Source of the DNA: Camelus ferus
Lineage: Eukaryota
DNA: 64,000 bases
Direction: 5' to 3'
Assembly: GCF_009834535.1 (NCBI RefSeq)
Contig: NC_045707.1
Coordinates: forward strand, 64,172,001 to 64,236,000
The notes beneath the pieces are model-generated. The model was not told the origin of the DNA. It worked only from the letters and a program-made list of their open reading frames with translations, and ran no database searches. Made by a program: the position numbers and the translations under genes. This document shows positions 13,959-26,750 of the stretch, piece by piece; position 1 is the first letter of the stretch, and each line of letters opens with the position of its first letter.

Positions 13959-15389
13959 ATTTAGTCACTCATGTGGTATCCGGGAGGAGAGCTGCCTGGA
14001 AGCCACTGTGAGCAGAGCCATGCCATTTCCCCCTGGTAGGCATTTCTCTTCCCAGGAAGTTCTGCCAGCTTGATGAATTGCATCGGTGCATATTAATGCT
14101 GGACAGGGAAGCTCGTATTTGCCTGTGTTGCCAAGCTGTTTAGGTTCCCTAGTAATCGTGTGTTACCCGTGCCCTTCATGGGGATAATGAAATAGAAACA
14201 GAAGGAGCGACACCTGCAAGTTATCGTGATTGGTTTTATCATGTAATTTTTCCTGTTCTCTATACGTTTCAGTAACTGAGTTGAAAAACCATTATGGATA
14301 CAGAACAAAGCAAGACAAACAAACACGGTTCCTTATCCATTTGGAAAATATGAACCAATGAAGGCCCGGGGAAATTAAACTGCCTTCCTAACGTCAGACA
14401 GCTACTGAATGGGGAAGCTGGACCAGAAACCAGGTACCTGGCACCTCACGGCATTACGCTGCCTTCTCGTTAATGAACCTACCATACGGACAACACTGCG
14501 AAGAACATCCTTATAGATTTCAGCCTGGGGTTCTCCTTTTTACTCGTTTCCCTGGAAAAGCAATGTATGGGCAGTTAGCTAATTAAATTAGGCCCAGTCT
14601 TCCCACTGACTTCATTAGAAGGTAATTAAATTAAAAGATTCTTGCGGAATTTTTTCCCAACTCTTTCACTTGAGGGGATGGGATTGTTATTAGAGGAAGC
14701 TTGGAACCAATATTGAAACATCTATGGCCCCAAGATTCTCATCCCCAGTCTGTGGATCAATATGGATACACTTCTGTTCTACACAGATTTTTTTCCCTCA
14801 GAGACAAGACCCTCTTATGCATACCTGGTGATAGACCTGTGATTAGGGGCGCCATCTACATATACTTTGCTACCAGTGGTTTGGCAATGTGAGTTAGAAT
14901 TGATGGCTTTTGACACTACTTTTTGCACTGCTAGGTTTTTATAACTATAATCCTACCCCCTGGAGATGATGAGTTTTTACTCTTCTGAATATGCTGTCCC
15001 CATCACTAGGCATGTTTGCAAAGTTGCATCGTAGGTAAGTCAAGGGAACAATGCTAAGCTTCTGACCTTAGCTAGTATTTCTTTATGTATGAAAATCCAT
15101 AGGAAAAAAAGAGGACCAGATCTGTGAAATTAAAAAGAATTAAAGGATTGAGGATATACCTCTAAAATGTGTGTAAATTTAGTGCCAGCAGTTCATTTAA
15201 TTGACGTCCAGGATTCAGTCTTGGCAGTTGGGCAGTTCTGCTTTATTGATGGTGATTCTACGTGTAACGTATGGATGAACGTTTGATTAGTTTCTTAAAG
15301 CAAAGTGTATTTATGTTCTTAATAGCTAAAATGTTTTCTTTAATTTGTTCTTTGACTTTTGTCTGTATGTCTTCGTTGCTTGCAGAAAA

Positions 15390-15660
15390 TAGTTTATTGG
15401 ATTGTAACTAGTTTGAAACATAGCGTAGTGACGTAAGATTATTCAAATAATGGTGGGGCGGGGCAGGGCGGGGCCGCAGAGGGGTGGGGGTGGGGCACGC
15501 GGTGGCGCTTTCCTGATTCCAACTGGGAGGGTATCTGCTCATTGGCCAAATGATGTCACAATAGATAATGTGTGTAAGATATATCACTATATTGCATATA
15601 CTGAAGCCAGCAGAGCAAATGGATACTTCCTGTCTCTGCACTGACTCCTGTCCCAGGGTA
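15390..15660. promoter_or_regulatory. Promoter- or enhancer-like motif cluster (GC boxes, CCAAT, CRE-like, GATA, ETS)
   Basis: GGGGCGGGGC 15455-15464, GGGCGGGGC 15466-15474, GGGGTGGGGGTGGGG 15481-15495, ATTGG at 15396 and 15541, TGACGTAA 15429, TGATGTCA 15551, AGATAA 15563, all in non-repetitive AT-rich flanks. Confidence 0.55.
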
Positions 15661-17528
15661 ACTGATTTATGCTAACGATAATACAGCTATTAGGTTGATT
15701 AGTCATGCCAAAAAAAAAAAAAAAAGGCAATCAGGGCAAACACATAGAAAATCTTCCCTCCCCTCCTTCCTCCCTCCCTCTTTCTCTTCTTCCTTCCTTC
15801 CTTCCTTGGTGTTAATAGCTTGTTTGTTCTCCCAATAGAAAGCACGCTAATGTTGTTCATCTACCCTTATACTCAACTGGGAGAAACAACAATTAACTCT
15901 GAACATGGAGACAGGTGGCTGGGCAGACTTCACTGCAAATCTGTTTAATCAAGTCTAGTCTGGAAACAAAACAAAAAGGAATACTCAGAGGTATTAATGC
16001 GAGAGCAGAGACCTGCATTGCAGCTGTTGTCAGTGGGCTCATTGAAGATATTTTAAATGAAACAAACTGTTTGCTTTGATGAAACTGTAACACATGATGT
16101 CGTCTGAAATGGGAGAAGAGTGCAAGTCTCTGAAAGTCACACCAGGGATGAGATTTTTTTAATCTGAGTGTTTCCCTTGGGTGTGACAGCCTCATATTTG
16201 GGATGCTTTGCATAATTACGGATGTGGAACTGTTTTGTATTTGAAAGGCTGTTGTGGGTTTAGCTGGCATCTGTGTGCAAATTCATTCTTCTTTTTTTCT
16301 AACAAGATAAGCTTGGGAAGTTTCTAGAATCTTCTTTGTGGAAAGAAAAAGGTCTGTTAAAGGAGGCAGAGCTTTCTGAAGATGGTGCGTACATGCTCTG
16401 TTTTTTGATGTCCTTAATATATCTGGATTTGGAGTATACCGCAAGATAACCTTAGAAGGAAAATATAGTTTTATATGATTTTAAAAAGAAATGAATTACC
16501 CTTTTCTAGTTCCTGAGGGTATGACATTAGTAAAATGACCTCGTGCTGTGCTAGTCCTCTGTCTGCTCCAACTGAAATAAACAAACAAGGGGTCTATCAA
16601 CAGCCAAAGAATAAGATGTGAGGAAAGTAAAAACCATGATGAAACAGTTCAGGTGATGGAAATTTTTCACAGAACTTTTTTTTGTTTTTGGAAAGGGGGT
16701 GCCTGAGGACAGCTTTCACATTGATTCTACTTCAAAAAATCTCAAGGGCAGGATAATTTTGTAAGGCACATTTTCCATAAAAAAAAAAAAACCAGAATAT
16801 TATTTCCTGGCTCTTTGTGAGAAAATATTGTCCTTTGAATTTTTGCAAGGCAGGGAAACTCATGATTAGCATGACGGCTTTAGCAGGAAAGAAATGAGGT
16901 TGTTCAGGGAAATGCTTTTGTCTTTTCAAAGGACCAGGTACATCTGTTTGCAGCATCCACTTGGGATTGTTAAACTTTGTGCTGTACAACGTGAGACCAA
17001 TGAAGGAGTCACTGTTGTATGATCCGATATTTATGTGCAATGAGCATCCCTGTTCTGTTCTTATCGTAAAAAATAATGAGCTGAGTTTAACCCATCATTT
17101 CCTGCGTTTAAATCACACGGGAATTAGGAAGCACTTTGTGTGTCTCCGTATAATATTATACATATATAATTTCCTAAGTAGGTGTCATCAAGGGTCTTTT
17201 AAAAAATTAATAAGAAATATTTGCATATCACCATCACCTTTGAGACGTGTAGAGAGCGGCAACAGATAAGGGAGATCCGGCTCTACATAGTGTTATATTT
17301 GCAGCTGTAGCGTTCGGAGCTTGGCCCCCAAAATGGTTCTGCTATTGCACTTTCGCCCAAATTCTCAGGCCTGGTAATCTCAAGCTGTCTAATGCAGGTC
17401 ATGTCACTTAGCCACTCTGAACCCTAATTTTCTTTTCCATAAAACATCTATAATAAAATATGAACTCATAATGTTATTGTTAAATTAAATAAAATGGCAT
17501 GTAGTTTCTAGGATATGAGCACACATGT

Positions 17529-17567
17529 ACACACACACACACACACACACATACATATACACACACA
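17529..17567. repeat. (AC)n microsatellite, interrupted
   Basis: Direct reading. Confidence 0.9.
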
Positions 17568-18913
17568 GAGTCAGCTCCAAACCCTGAAGAATTCAGGAGG
17601 GATGTGAGTGATAGGAGGGAGGGCTTAGATGAGCTTTGCAGTGGCTGTCAGCTCTGCGAAAGGCCTGCGTCAAACATGCCGTGGAGGGAAAAGGAGAAGG
17701 CATTCCCTGTGTCTTTGCCCGTGTCCAGGCTTAAGCCCTCATTCTTTTGTCCCCAGACCTTGGCAGCAGGGAGAGGCAGTAGCACGTGCTCTTCTAGCAC
17801 TCTGGCTGGAGAAACACCCGGGCGTGATTCCTGGCTCGGACAGCTTCACATTCCTTAAAGTGGGGCCAGTATGTATTGTCCTTCTGCTCCAGGGTGGCCG
17901 TTAGGGGAATAACGTAAGTTAATGAATGTAAAACACTTACACGAATATAAAAAGCATAGACAGCGTCAGGGCACAGGATACATTCTCTATAATATAACTA
18001 ACTTACAATGCAAGGATCATTCATGTGAGAAAATTGAAATTGAAAATTCAGCACCATCAGAGAGGGCAGAGGCAACGGGTCACGTATTGCCCCAGGGCTA
18101 TGAGTGATCATTTGGAAGATGTGACCTTACAGGACACTGTTGGTGGCATGCCAGATCAGTGTGGCCCTAGAAACGCATAGAAAATGTAGCTGACGAACCT
18201 GTGGTTGAAATGCCACCCCTAGATTAAGTGCAGGGTCTCTAAGAGCCAAGCTGGTAGCTTCCACGAGATATTGCTGCTGCCTGTCTCTTTGAGAGACAAA
18301 AGGCAAAGACTTCTTTTAATTATAAGAGAAACCAAAGCCTTCTTTGCTGGGCTATCAACACAGTTTCTCTCAGGAAGCGGGTGCCTACCAGTGAGTAAAA
18401 CATGCATGTGTGTGTGTGTGAGCACAAGCCTACATTTGCTGTTGCAGGAGTGACTTGAAAAGGTCAGGGATCAGTGTGTGAGTTGACTTCACAACATAGA
18501 AATGAAGAGTGGAGACTGATTTTGGAAACTGGGAAGAGTATCTCAAATGTCTTGTGAAGATTCAAACTCCATCGTTCATTGGGTTTGGAGAATTCAGCGT
18601 TAGAATGTTGGCTATTCCCTGCTCCTCCCTTCCAAGATCACTTCATTTTTGTCTGCAGCCACATCCACTTTCCCTCCCTTCTTCAAGTTTCAGAAGAAGT
18701 GTCCCTTCTTCTATGCAAAGAGGTGCTGACCAGGTCAGTTGTCCCCACCTTCATCAAGGCGGGGACCCTGTTCCTTTATGATTTCCTCTCTCATCATCTA
18801 CATTTTCAACCTCTCTTGATTTTCGGACTCTGGCATCTCAATGTGTACAAAGCTCAAGCATCTCATCTACGTATTTAAAAACTTCCCTTGTCTTTCTTTA
18901 CCTATGTGCCTAC

Positions 18914-18946
18914 CCCTTCCCTTCCCTTCCCTTCCCTTCCCTTCCC
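18914..18946. repeat. (CCCTT)n pentanucleotide repeat
   Basis: Direct reading. Confidence 0.9.
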
Positions 18947-19899
18947 CACCAGGTTCACCCAAAACTCATGTGAGCTTAGCTCAGCATCCTAGACTCCCGC
19001 TCACTTAAAATAAAATAGTTTACATTTTGGTAAAATATACCAAATATACCAAAATTTATATTTTGATAAAAACGTCAGCTTAAGGGGTCAGATAGTTTTC
19101 CAAAGCTGCTAACAGAAACCCAAACTTTGCGTCTCTAGCAGCCCATAGGCAATACACTTTTATTTCCTTTATTTTTCATTCTCCGTATGTCAGCATAACA
19201 TACTTCTACTTGATTTTTACGTGGTAGACAGTATCACCTGGCCATTTCTGTTCTGTAAAAGCTGAGGATTCCTCTCTTGCTAGCATCATCCCTCACACAT
19301 GTGCTTCCAAGAACTCCCTTTCCGATATACTTGTTCATTGCCTTTGGTGTCATGTGACTATGACTTTTAAATGTCGTTCACAAGTGAATCACGTGGGTAT
19401 GTTTCCTTTCCTGCACACCTATCTGTAGTCCCTGGAGTTAACAATTCATCTTTCTCTCACTTGCTTAGTTTTCCATGTACTGTTTTAACCCCTCCTCAGT
19501 TGTCTACATCTGCTCTCATCGTGTTCAAACACACCAGGGATTCTGTCCGTTTCACCTTTTGCAGGTTCCTTGGCTACAGCCTTCTGACCCCCTCCAGGTT
19601 GGGCTGGTCGTTACCTGCACCTGCCCTTCCATAATCTTTCCTCATCACTCAGAATTTACTCGGCCTCACCCTTGAGGTAGGTTTTTCTGTTTTCATACCC
19701 TCATTTTGGTAGAATACTCTCAGTAATTTCTGGAGAAAGGGTGTATGGGGGAATCACACTTAATCGGTACTGTGTCTCTATATAGAATTCTGAGTCAGAA
19801 ATCACTTTCCATCAGAATTTTGAAGCCATTCTGCCAGTGTTCCTGTGTTGCTAAGAAATCCAAAGCCATTCTGATTCCTGATCTTTTGTATGTGACTTA

Positions 19900-21125
19900 A
19901 TTTTACATATTTAAGTTTGTTAAAGTATAATTGACTTATAATTTGAGTTTCTGGTGTGCAACACAGTATTTCAACGTTTTTACAGGTTTTACCCCATTTA
20001 AAGTTATTATAAAGTTTTGGCTATATTCCCTGTGCTGTACATCACATCCTTGTATCTTATTTATTTATATACAGAGTAGTGTGTATCTCTGAATCTCCTA
20101 CCCCTATCTTGCCCCTCTTCGTAGTCCCTCTCCTCACTGGTAACCACTAGTTTTTTCTCTATCTGTGAGTCTGTTTCTATTTTGTTGTATTCATTTGTTT
20201 TATTTTTTCAATTCCACATACATGTGAAAACATACAGTATTTGTTTTTCTCTGTCTGACATTTCACTAAGTCCAATATCCTCCAGGTTCATTCATCTTGC
20301 TGCAAATGGCAAAATTTCATTCTTTTTGTGGCTGAGTAATATTCCAACACATACGTATGTATGTATATATGTGTATATATATATTCCATTCATCTGTTTG
20401 TGGACACTTAGGTTGCTTCCATATCTTAGATGTGGTAAATAATACTGCTATGAACATTGGGATGCAATGAATCTTTTCAAATTAATGTTTTTGTTTTCTT
20501 TGGATAAGCACCCAGCAGTGGAATTCCTAGATCATATGATAGTTCTATTTATAGTTTGTTTTTTTTTTTTGAGAGGCCTCCATGCTGCTTTCCACAGTGG
20601 TTGCATCAGTTTACATTCCCACCAAAGGTACTAGGGTTCCCTTTTCAACACATTCTTGCCAATATTTGTTGTTTGTAGTTTTTTTGACATTAGCCATTCT
20701 GACAGGTGTGAGGTGATATTGCTGGTTTTGATTTTCATTCTCCTGATGATTGAATGTTGAGCAATGTTGAGCAATTTTGAGCATCTTTTCATGTATCTGT
20801 TGGCCATTTGTGTGTCTTCTTTGGAAAAATGTGTATTCAGGTCTTCTGCCCATTTTTTAACTGAGTTGTTTGTTTTTTTGATATTGAGTTGTATGAACTG
20901 CTTACGTATTTTGGTTATTAACCCCTTATGGAATATATCATTTGCAAATATTTTCTCCCCCTCAGTAGGCTGTCTTTTTGTTATGTCAGTGGTTTCCTTT
21001 TCTATGCAAAAGCTTTTAAGCTTAATTAGGTCCAGTTGGTTTGTATCTGCTTTTGTTTCCTTTGCCTTAAGAGACAGATCCAAAAAAATATTGCTAAGTC
21101 TATGTTAGAGAGTGCCCTGCCTATG
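19900..21125 (-). mobile_element. 5'-truncated L1 (ORF2 C-terminal part plus 3' UTR)
   Basis: Minus-strand [15 protein letters not shown]...KRQPTE.EKIFAN...[25 protein letters not shown] is L1 ORF2; the 3' terminus lies at ~19910. Confidence 0.92.
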
Positions 21126-21759
21126 TGGTATACCTTATTTATGGCAAACTTTGACAAGAAATATAAGTTTATGAGGGTCAAGGTGTTACAGAGTAAGATC
21201 TTAACTTGTTTTGCTTTCTTGAGAAAATCCAAGTCATTTGTAAACAACACATTCATTGTATGCAAATATATGTGGTTAAAAATGCTCAGAAATAACAGAT
21301 TTCCTTAATTAAATTAAGCATTCTGCCTCCTTACATTTTGATTGCATTATTCATTTGCTTCACAGAACAAAAGTAAAATCCCTAATTATCAGCATATGAA
21401 TTCGTGAAATTTTATCATGATACGGAAATCCAGAGGACTCATCAAAGAAAGAAGAGAGAAAGGGCACTGAATTTCTCATGAGATTTTCTCTATGTTTTGT
21501 AAAATTTTCTGTATATTTCTGTCTTGATTAAAGATATAACTACTAATACTTATTATTTGAGTATCTGGTAAGGTTTAGAAGATGACTCAGTGTTCTGTAG
21601 GCTTTTATAGACTGGCTACCAAGTGATTAAGGTCAACAGTCATAGTAATTACCAGAATGATCACTTGTTGAGAATTTACAAGATGCAGTCCTGTGCCAAG
21701 CACTTTATATGTAAACTCTCACAAGAATATCCATCTTGTGAATGAAGTAAAACACCTTT

Positions 21760-22075
21760 CCTCTTCCTGATTAATTATTTCCCCTATACTCTTTGTATGA
21801 CTGTCTCCTTATTTTTCACATCAGCTAAAACATTACCACCCAAGAGGTACCTTCAAAATAGTTTCTTACTATCAACGGCATTCTCAGCACCATGCCCTTT
21901 TCTTCATAGCACTCGTCAGCACTTGTAAGTGCAGACTGATCTGTTGGTGTATTTGCGTTGTGTCTACGCCCTGCTAGATCATGAACTCTACCAGCGGTGA
22001 GACTCTGTTTGCACTGTTGACTATCAGATACCCAGAATCTAGCACTTTAGAGGCACTTAAAACATCTTTGTTGAA
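21760..22075 (+). mobile_element. L2 3' fragment
   Basis: ctagatcatgaactc...cccagaatctagcac...tttgttgaat, the L2 tail pattern. Confidence 0.55.
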
Positions 22076-23361
22076 TAGGCAAAAGAACAAAGTTCTTGGA
22101 GTTGGTAAGAAGCAGATTCTTACTTTCAAACTCAGGACTCTGTGAGAACAAAGCCCATGCTTTTGCCAAGAGCATGTGGCTTACACCTCCCTCTCCCTGG
22201 GTGGCTCATGGTCTCCCTTCTTTTGCCCCTTTACCTCACAGTCTCTCTGATGGAGACATCTTGTCTTCTCTGCAAGCTGAGTTTCCTTGGATGTTACTGT
22301 TTCTGGGAAAAGAAGTTGTGAACCTTTCATTCTTGAAAACCTTGTGTTATTCTGATGTCAGTGGACACTGTTTTCAACCTGCCATCCGTTAGGTTAATTG
22401 GAACCAGCCCTCCTCCTGGGAGGGCTGGGTCATGCAAGGTGACGTCCTGATGAACAGTGCTAATGTGAAAGCACTCTAAGTGTGTTGGATAGTTAGGAAA
22501 GTGGGAGAGGATTCTAGTTGAGAGAAAAGGAGGCATGTTGACAAGGCAGAATGCAGTTTTTGATTTTGCTTTGCTACTCTCACATTAGGTTAAAATATTG
22601 CAGCAGGTTTAATAGAAAGAAGCACTGAGTTTTGTGACAAAACAACCAGAAGGTCTAAAAAGTATCTCTAATTATGATGAGGATGAGAAAAAGTTGGTAA
22701 GCTGGGAAACAGTTGTTTCCTTGATAAAAGATGATAGTTTTCAAAATCATATCCTCTTCTCTCTCTAGAAATTCCCTAGGGAAAAACAAAAATCACATTT
22801 CTTTGTGCTTTCATTCGCTCAATAGTCATTAGATACGGTTCACAGTATAAGAAACACAAAGATGAAGAATTATAGACCCTGGGTGCGTGCATGCTGGTAG
22901 AAAGAAAATTCAAATAGATAACTAACTCTAAAAGAGAGAGCTTAAATTGAGTTATAGGGAATAATGCTATAAGAGATGGGAAGGAAGAGATCTATTTAAA
23001 AACCATGTCATGTGAGAGGTATCATTTGAGTTAAGAGTTGAATGGATCTCATTGTATCAGTGAAGTTGTTGCTATGGGGAGAATGTTTGAGATGGGAAGA
23101 ATGGAAGGGATAAAGGGGTAGAGCTGGTACAGGCAAAAAAGTCCATGTTGGTTGGCATGGGTGGTACACGTCGGGAAGTCTTAGGAATTCAGATTAAATG
23201 GGGAGGTTGGGAGACTGGTGTTGAAGGGCCTTGCATGCTCTGCTAAGGAGTTTATATTTTGTTTAGGAAACAGAGAACTATTAAAGTATTTCTGCTAAAT
23301 ACAGGAGTTTTTAATTGAATACTTGTTCTGACTGTCCACCATGAATAGGAGAGATGGAAGA

Positions 23362-23746
23362 TGATTTGGGGGGAAATTTTCCCCTGGGTCTCTCACACTT
23401 CTGTGTATCTTCTGAGCAGACATTGACAACTTGTTTCAGATATCTTTTCAAGAATATCCTTGGAAGACAGAGGGAAGATTTTAAAGGGGGAAAGGAGCTC
23501 CTTTAGCAGATTGGAGTTTCCTAGCCTCAGAGTTTCTCAGTGTGATACAAACTTACTGTGTACTCGGCATCCACAAAAAGAACTAATACAAATGGACTCA
23601 TAGAGCTTGCTGTGCTGTGAGTTATAAAGACATTAGTCTCTGATCCAGGAGTTTAACGTCTTCTGACAGCAGCCGTTAAACTGTGGTGGGCCAGCTTGTT
23701 AGTTTGGAAGTAGGGTAAAATCTCAGAGCCTTCACAGTTCTTGACA
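23362..23746 (+). mobile_element. Old ERV1 solo LTR (MER31/MER67-like)
   Basis: Ends ggtaaaatctcagagccttcacagttcttgaca; internal tctgagcaga...tatcttttcaag...ccttggaaga motif. The family name is tentative. Confidence 0.6.
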
Positions 23747-23949
23747 GGCTGAAATCTTGAAGTCCCAGGAGACAGTTAATGCGGTAATTTGATAATGTAC
23801 GATAAGGGATTGACAGTGGACATGAGGCCAGAATTCTCCAGAGGAGAAATCAACAAAATGTGACTGAAAATTGGAAAAAGAATTAGTCAAGAATAATGGA
23901 CTTTGAGCCTCAGTTTCCCATGGAATGATGCTTGTCTCATTAAAAACAG

Positions 23950-25760
23950 ATGGGATTAAGAGAATGAAAAGACAAGCCACAGAATGGGAGAAAATATTTG
24001 CAAAACACATTAACTGATAATAGACTATCTCCAAAAACTTAGCAATAAGGAACCACACAAATCCAATTGAAAACTGGGCAAAGGATCTGAAAAATATCTC
24101 ACAAAAGAAGATACACAGATGGTAAATAATCATGTGAAAAAAGACTCAAATCGTATGTTATTAAAGAATTGCACATTAAAACACAGTGAGATACCACTAC
24201 ACACCTATTAGAATGGCCAAAATCCAGAATACTGACAACACCAAACACTGACAAGGATGTGGAGAATCAGCAACTCCCATTCATGCTAGTGAGAACATAA
24301 AGTGGTCTGGAGACCATTGCTGGACCTTGTAATCCAGCAGGCATGCTCCTTGATACCCACCTAAATGAGCTGAAGACTTATGTCCATGGAAAAACTTGTA
24401 CATGAGTGTTTATAGCAGCTCTATTCATGTTGCCAAAACTTGGAATCAATCAAAATGTCCTTCCACAGGTGAATGGATGAATAAACTGGCGCATCCATAC
24501 AAGGCAATATTATTTAGTGTCGGAGTTACTGAGCCATGGAAATACATGGAAGAAACTAAATACACATTACTAAGTGAACGAGGCCATTCTGAAAAGAGTT
24601 CTCTGCACTTTTTACTCACAGCACTTCTGATACCAAATGTGTGGGTTCCCCCCCCACACACACACCAACCAACTCTCCAACTTTCCAGACACCAGCTAGA
24701 TGTCCTACAGTCAATTCAATTCTGACACTAACTACTCGAAATTAGCACATACCCCACAGGTTAAGGGCTCAGTCCCACGAGTGTGTGCCTCTCTCCACTT
24801 CAGATGCCAGCCACAAGTCCCAGGTTGTCACCTGTACTTCTGGTGGACTGGCTATAAATTCAGGGGGTCCCATACTCCCTCCTAAGGTCTGTAATTTGCA
24901 AGAGTGGCTCACAGAACTCGGGAAAGCACTTTATTTACAATTATTGGTTTATTATAAAGTATACAACTCAAGAACAGCCAAATGGATGAGATGCATAGGA
25001 GAAGGTGTTGGAGGTGGTGGCGCTGTTCACGGAGGTCCCACGCCTTTCTGGGCACGCCACCCTCCCAGCACCTTGGCGTATTCACCAGCTCAGAGGCCAT
25101 CTGAATACCATCATTTAGGGATTTTTATGGAGGTTTCATTAGATAGGCACACTTGATTAAATCCCTAGCTATTGGTGGTTAACTCAATGTCCAGCCTGTC
25201 TTCCCTCGCAAAGGTTAAAGGGTGGGGCTGAAAGTTGCAATCATGCTTTGGTCTTTATGGCAACCAGCTGCCACCCTGAAATTATTTAGGGCCTCCCAAC
25301 CACCAGTCAATTCATTACCACACAAAAGACGCTACTATCCTTCTGCAGGTTCTAGAGTTTTGGAAGCTGTCTGCCAGGCACTGGGGACAGAGACTAAATA
25401 TGTATTTTTTATTATGCCACCGGTAAAACCGTACATTTCCCAACTCTACAGCATTCTGAAATAAAGGTAAAACTATAGAGACAGTAAAAAACAAAAATCA
25501 GTGGTTGTCAGGAGTCGGAGGGGGAGAAGGATGAGTCAGTGGAGACAGGATTTTAGGACAATGAAACTATTCAGCGTGACACTTTAATGGTGAATATATG
25601 TCATTATACCCATAGAATGTACGACACAAAGAGTGAACCCTAAAGTGAACTATGGACTATAGTTATTAATAATGTATTACTATTAACATACCAATTATAA
25701 TAAACATACCACACTAAAACAAGATGCTATTAATAGAGGAAACTGGCGGGGTCAGGGGTT
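23950..25760 (+). mobile_element. Old L1 (L1MB/MC-like) ORF2 end and 3' UTR, interrupted by an LTR
   Basis: agacaagccacagaatgggagaaaatatttgcaaa...; resumes after 25420 with aaaggtaaaactatagagacagtaaaa and aagagtgaaccctaaagtgaactatggact. Confidence 0.8.
24595..25420 (-). mobile_element. MER21-like LTR nested in L1
   Basis: cacttctgataccaaatgtgtggg...caattcaattctgacactaactac...caggttaagggctcagtcccac...ttttattatgccac resembles MER21. Confidence 0.7.
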
Positions 25761-25989
25761 TTCTCCCATTTTTCTCCATCTTGTTGAAAATGTGTCCACC
25801 AAGTTATTCGCATTAAAATCTGAGTGGCATCCATGATCCTCTCTTTCTCTCTCCCTCAACCTTGATTGCACCTCTAAAGCTTATCTGACTCTAATTTCTT
25901 TTTTTCCTCTATGCTGCTCTCATCCTAGACTAGCCACTGTCATCTTCTGCCTGGATCACCGCATCATGTCATTTTAATTGCTTAAAACC

Positions 25990-26100
25990 CCTGTATTAAT
26001 TTACTAGGGCTGCTCTACCAAAGCACAACAGACCGGGTGACTTACAACAGGAATTAATCCTGCAATTCTGGAGTTTAGAAGTCTAAGATCAAGGTGCCTC
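25990..26100 (-). mobile_element. MLT1 (MaLR) LTR fragment
   Basis: tgtattaatttactagggctgct...ttctggagtttagaagtctaagatcaaggtg. Confidence 0.65.
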
Positions 26101-26319
26101 TTGCATATTAATTTCTGTATTTGTTTATTTGCTGCCACATGTCGGTGGATTACAAGGTCCACAAGAGCAGCTTCATTTTTCTTCTGCAGCACTGGATCCC
26201 AGCACATAGGGAGCTAGTAATCTGCCAGTCACTGTGCTAGGCAGTAGGAATGTAATGGTGAACACAACAGATGATCTTTGTTATTATTAAAAAATAAATT
26301 TGTATAGGCAGGTAACTTG

Positions 26320-26750
26320 CCTAGTCATTCATTCAATGAGTATTTACTGAACACCTACTGTAGTCTGAGCCCCGGGGATATGGCAGTGAACAATACAGAA
26401 AATGCACCTGATCTTCTGAAGTTTGCATGCCAGAAAGGAAACTGACAAGAAAACAAACAAACAAAGAAATACTTACGGAATACAGTGAGTGGAGAGGATG
26501 AGCTGAATAGCTCTGCAGATGAAGAAGATGCCAGAGAGGGAGGAGGAAATGGGACGGCCCTGAGTTGGGAGTACACTTAGCAAGTCCGAGGACCAGTGGA
26601 GTCCGCTGTGGCTGGAGCAGCAGGAGTGAGGGAGAAAGAAGGACGAAATGAGGTCGGTGAGGAGCCCAAGGGCCCATCATGTGTGGCTTTGGGTTTCATT
26701 CGAATTGTGAAGGGAATCCATTATGAGGGTTCAAAGCCTGGGAGGGACGT
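26320..26750 (-). mobile_element. L2 fragment
   Basis: cattcattcaatgagtatttactgaacacctactg tail followed by a purine-rich body. Confidence 0.55.

Noticed and set aside
20611..21108. 150-aa ORF and neighbours
   Set aside because: Decayed L1 ORF2 fragment with frameshifts.
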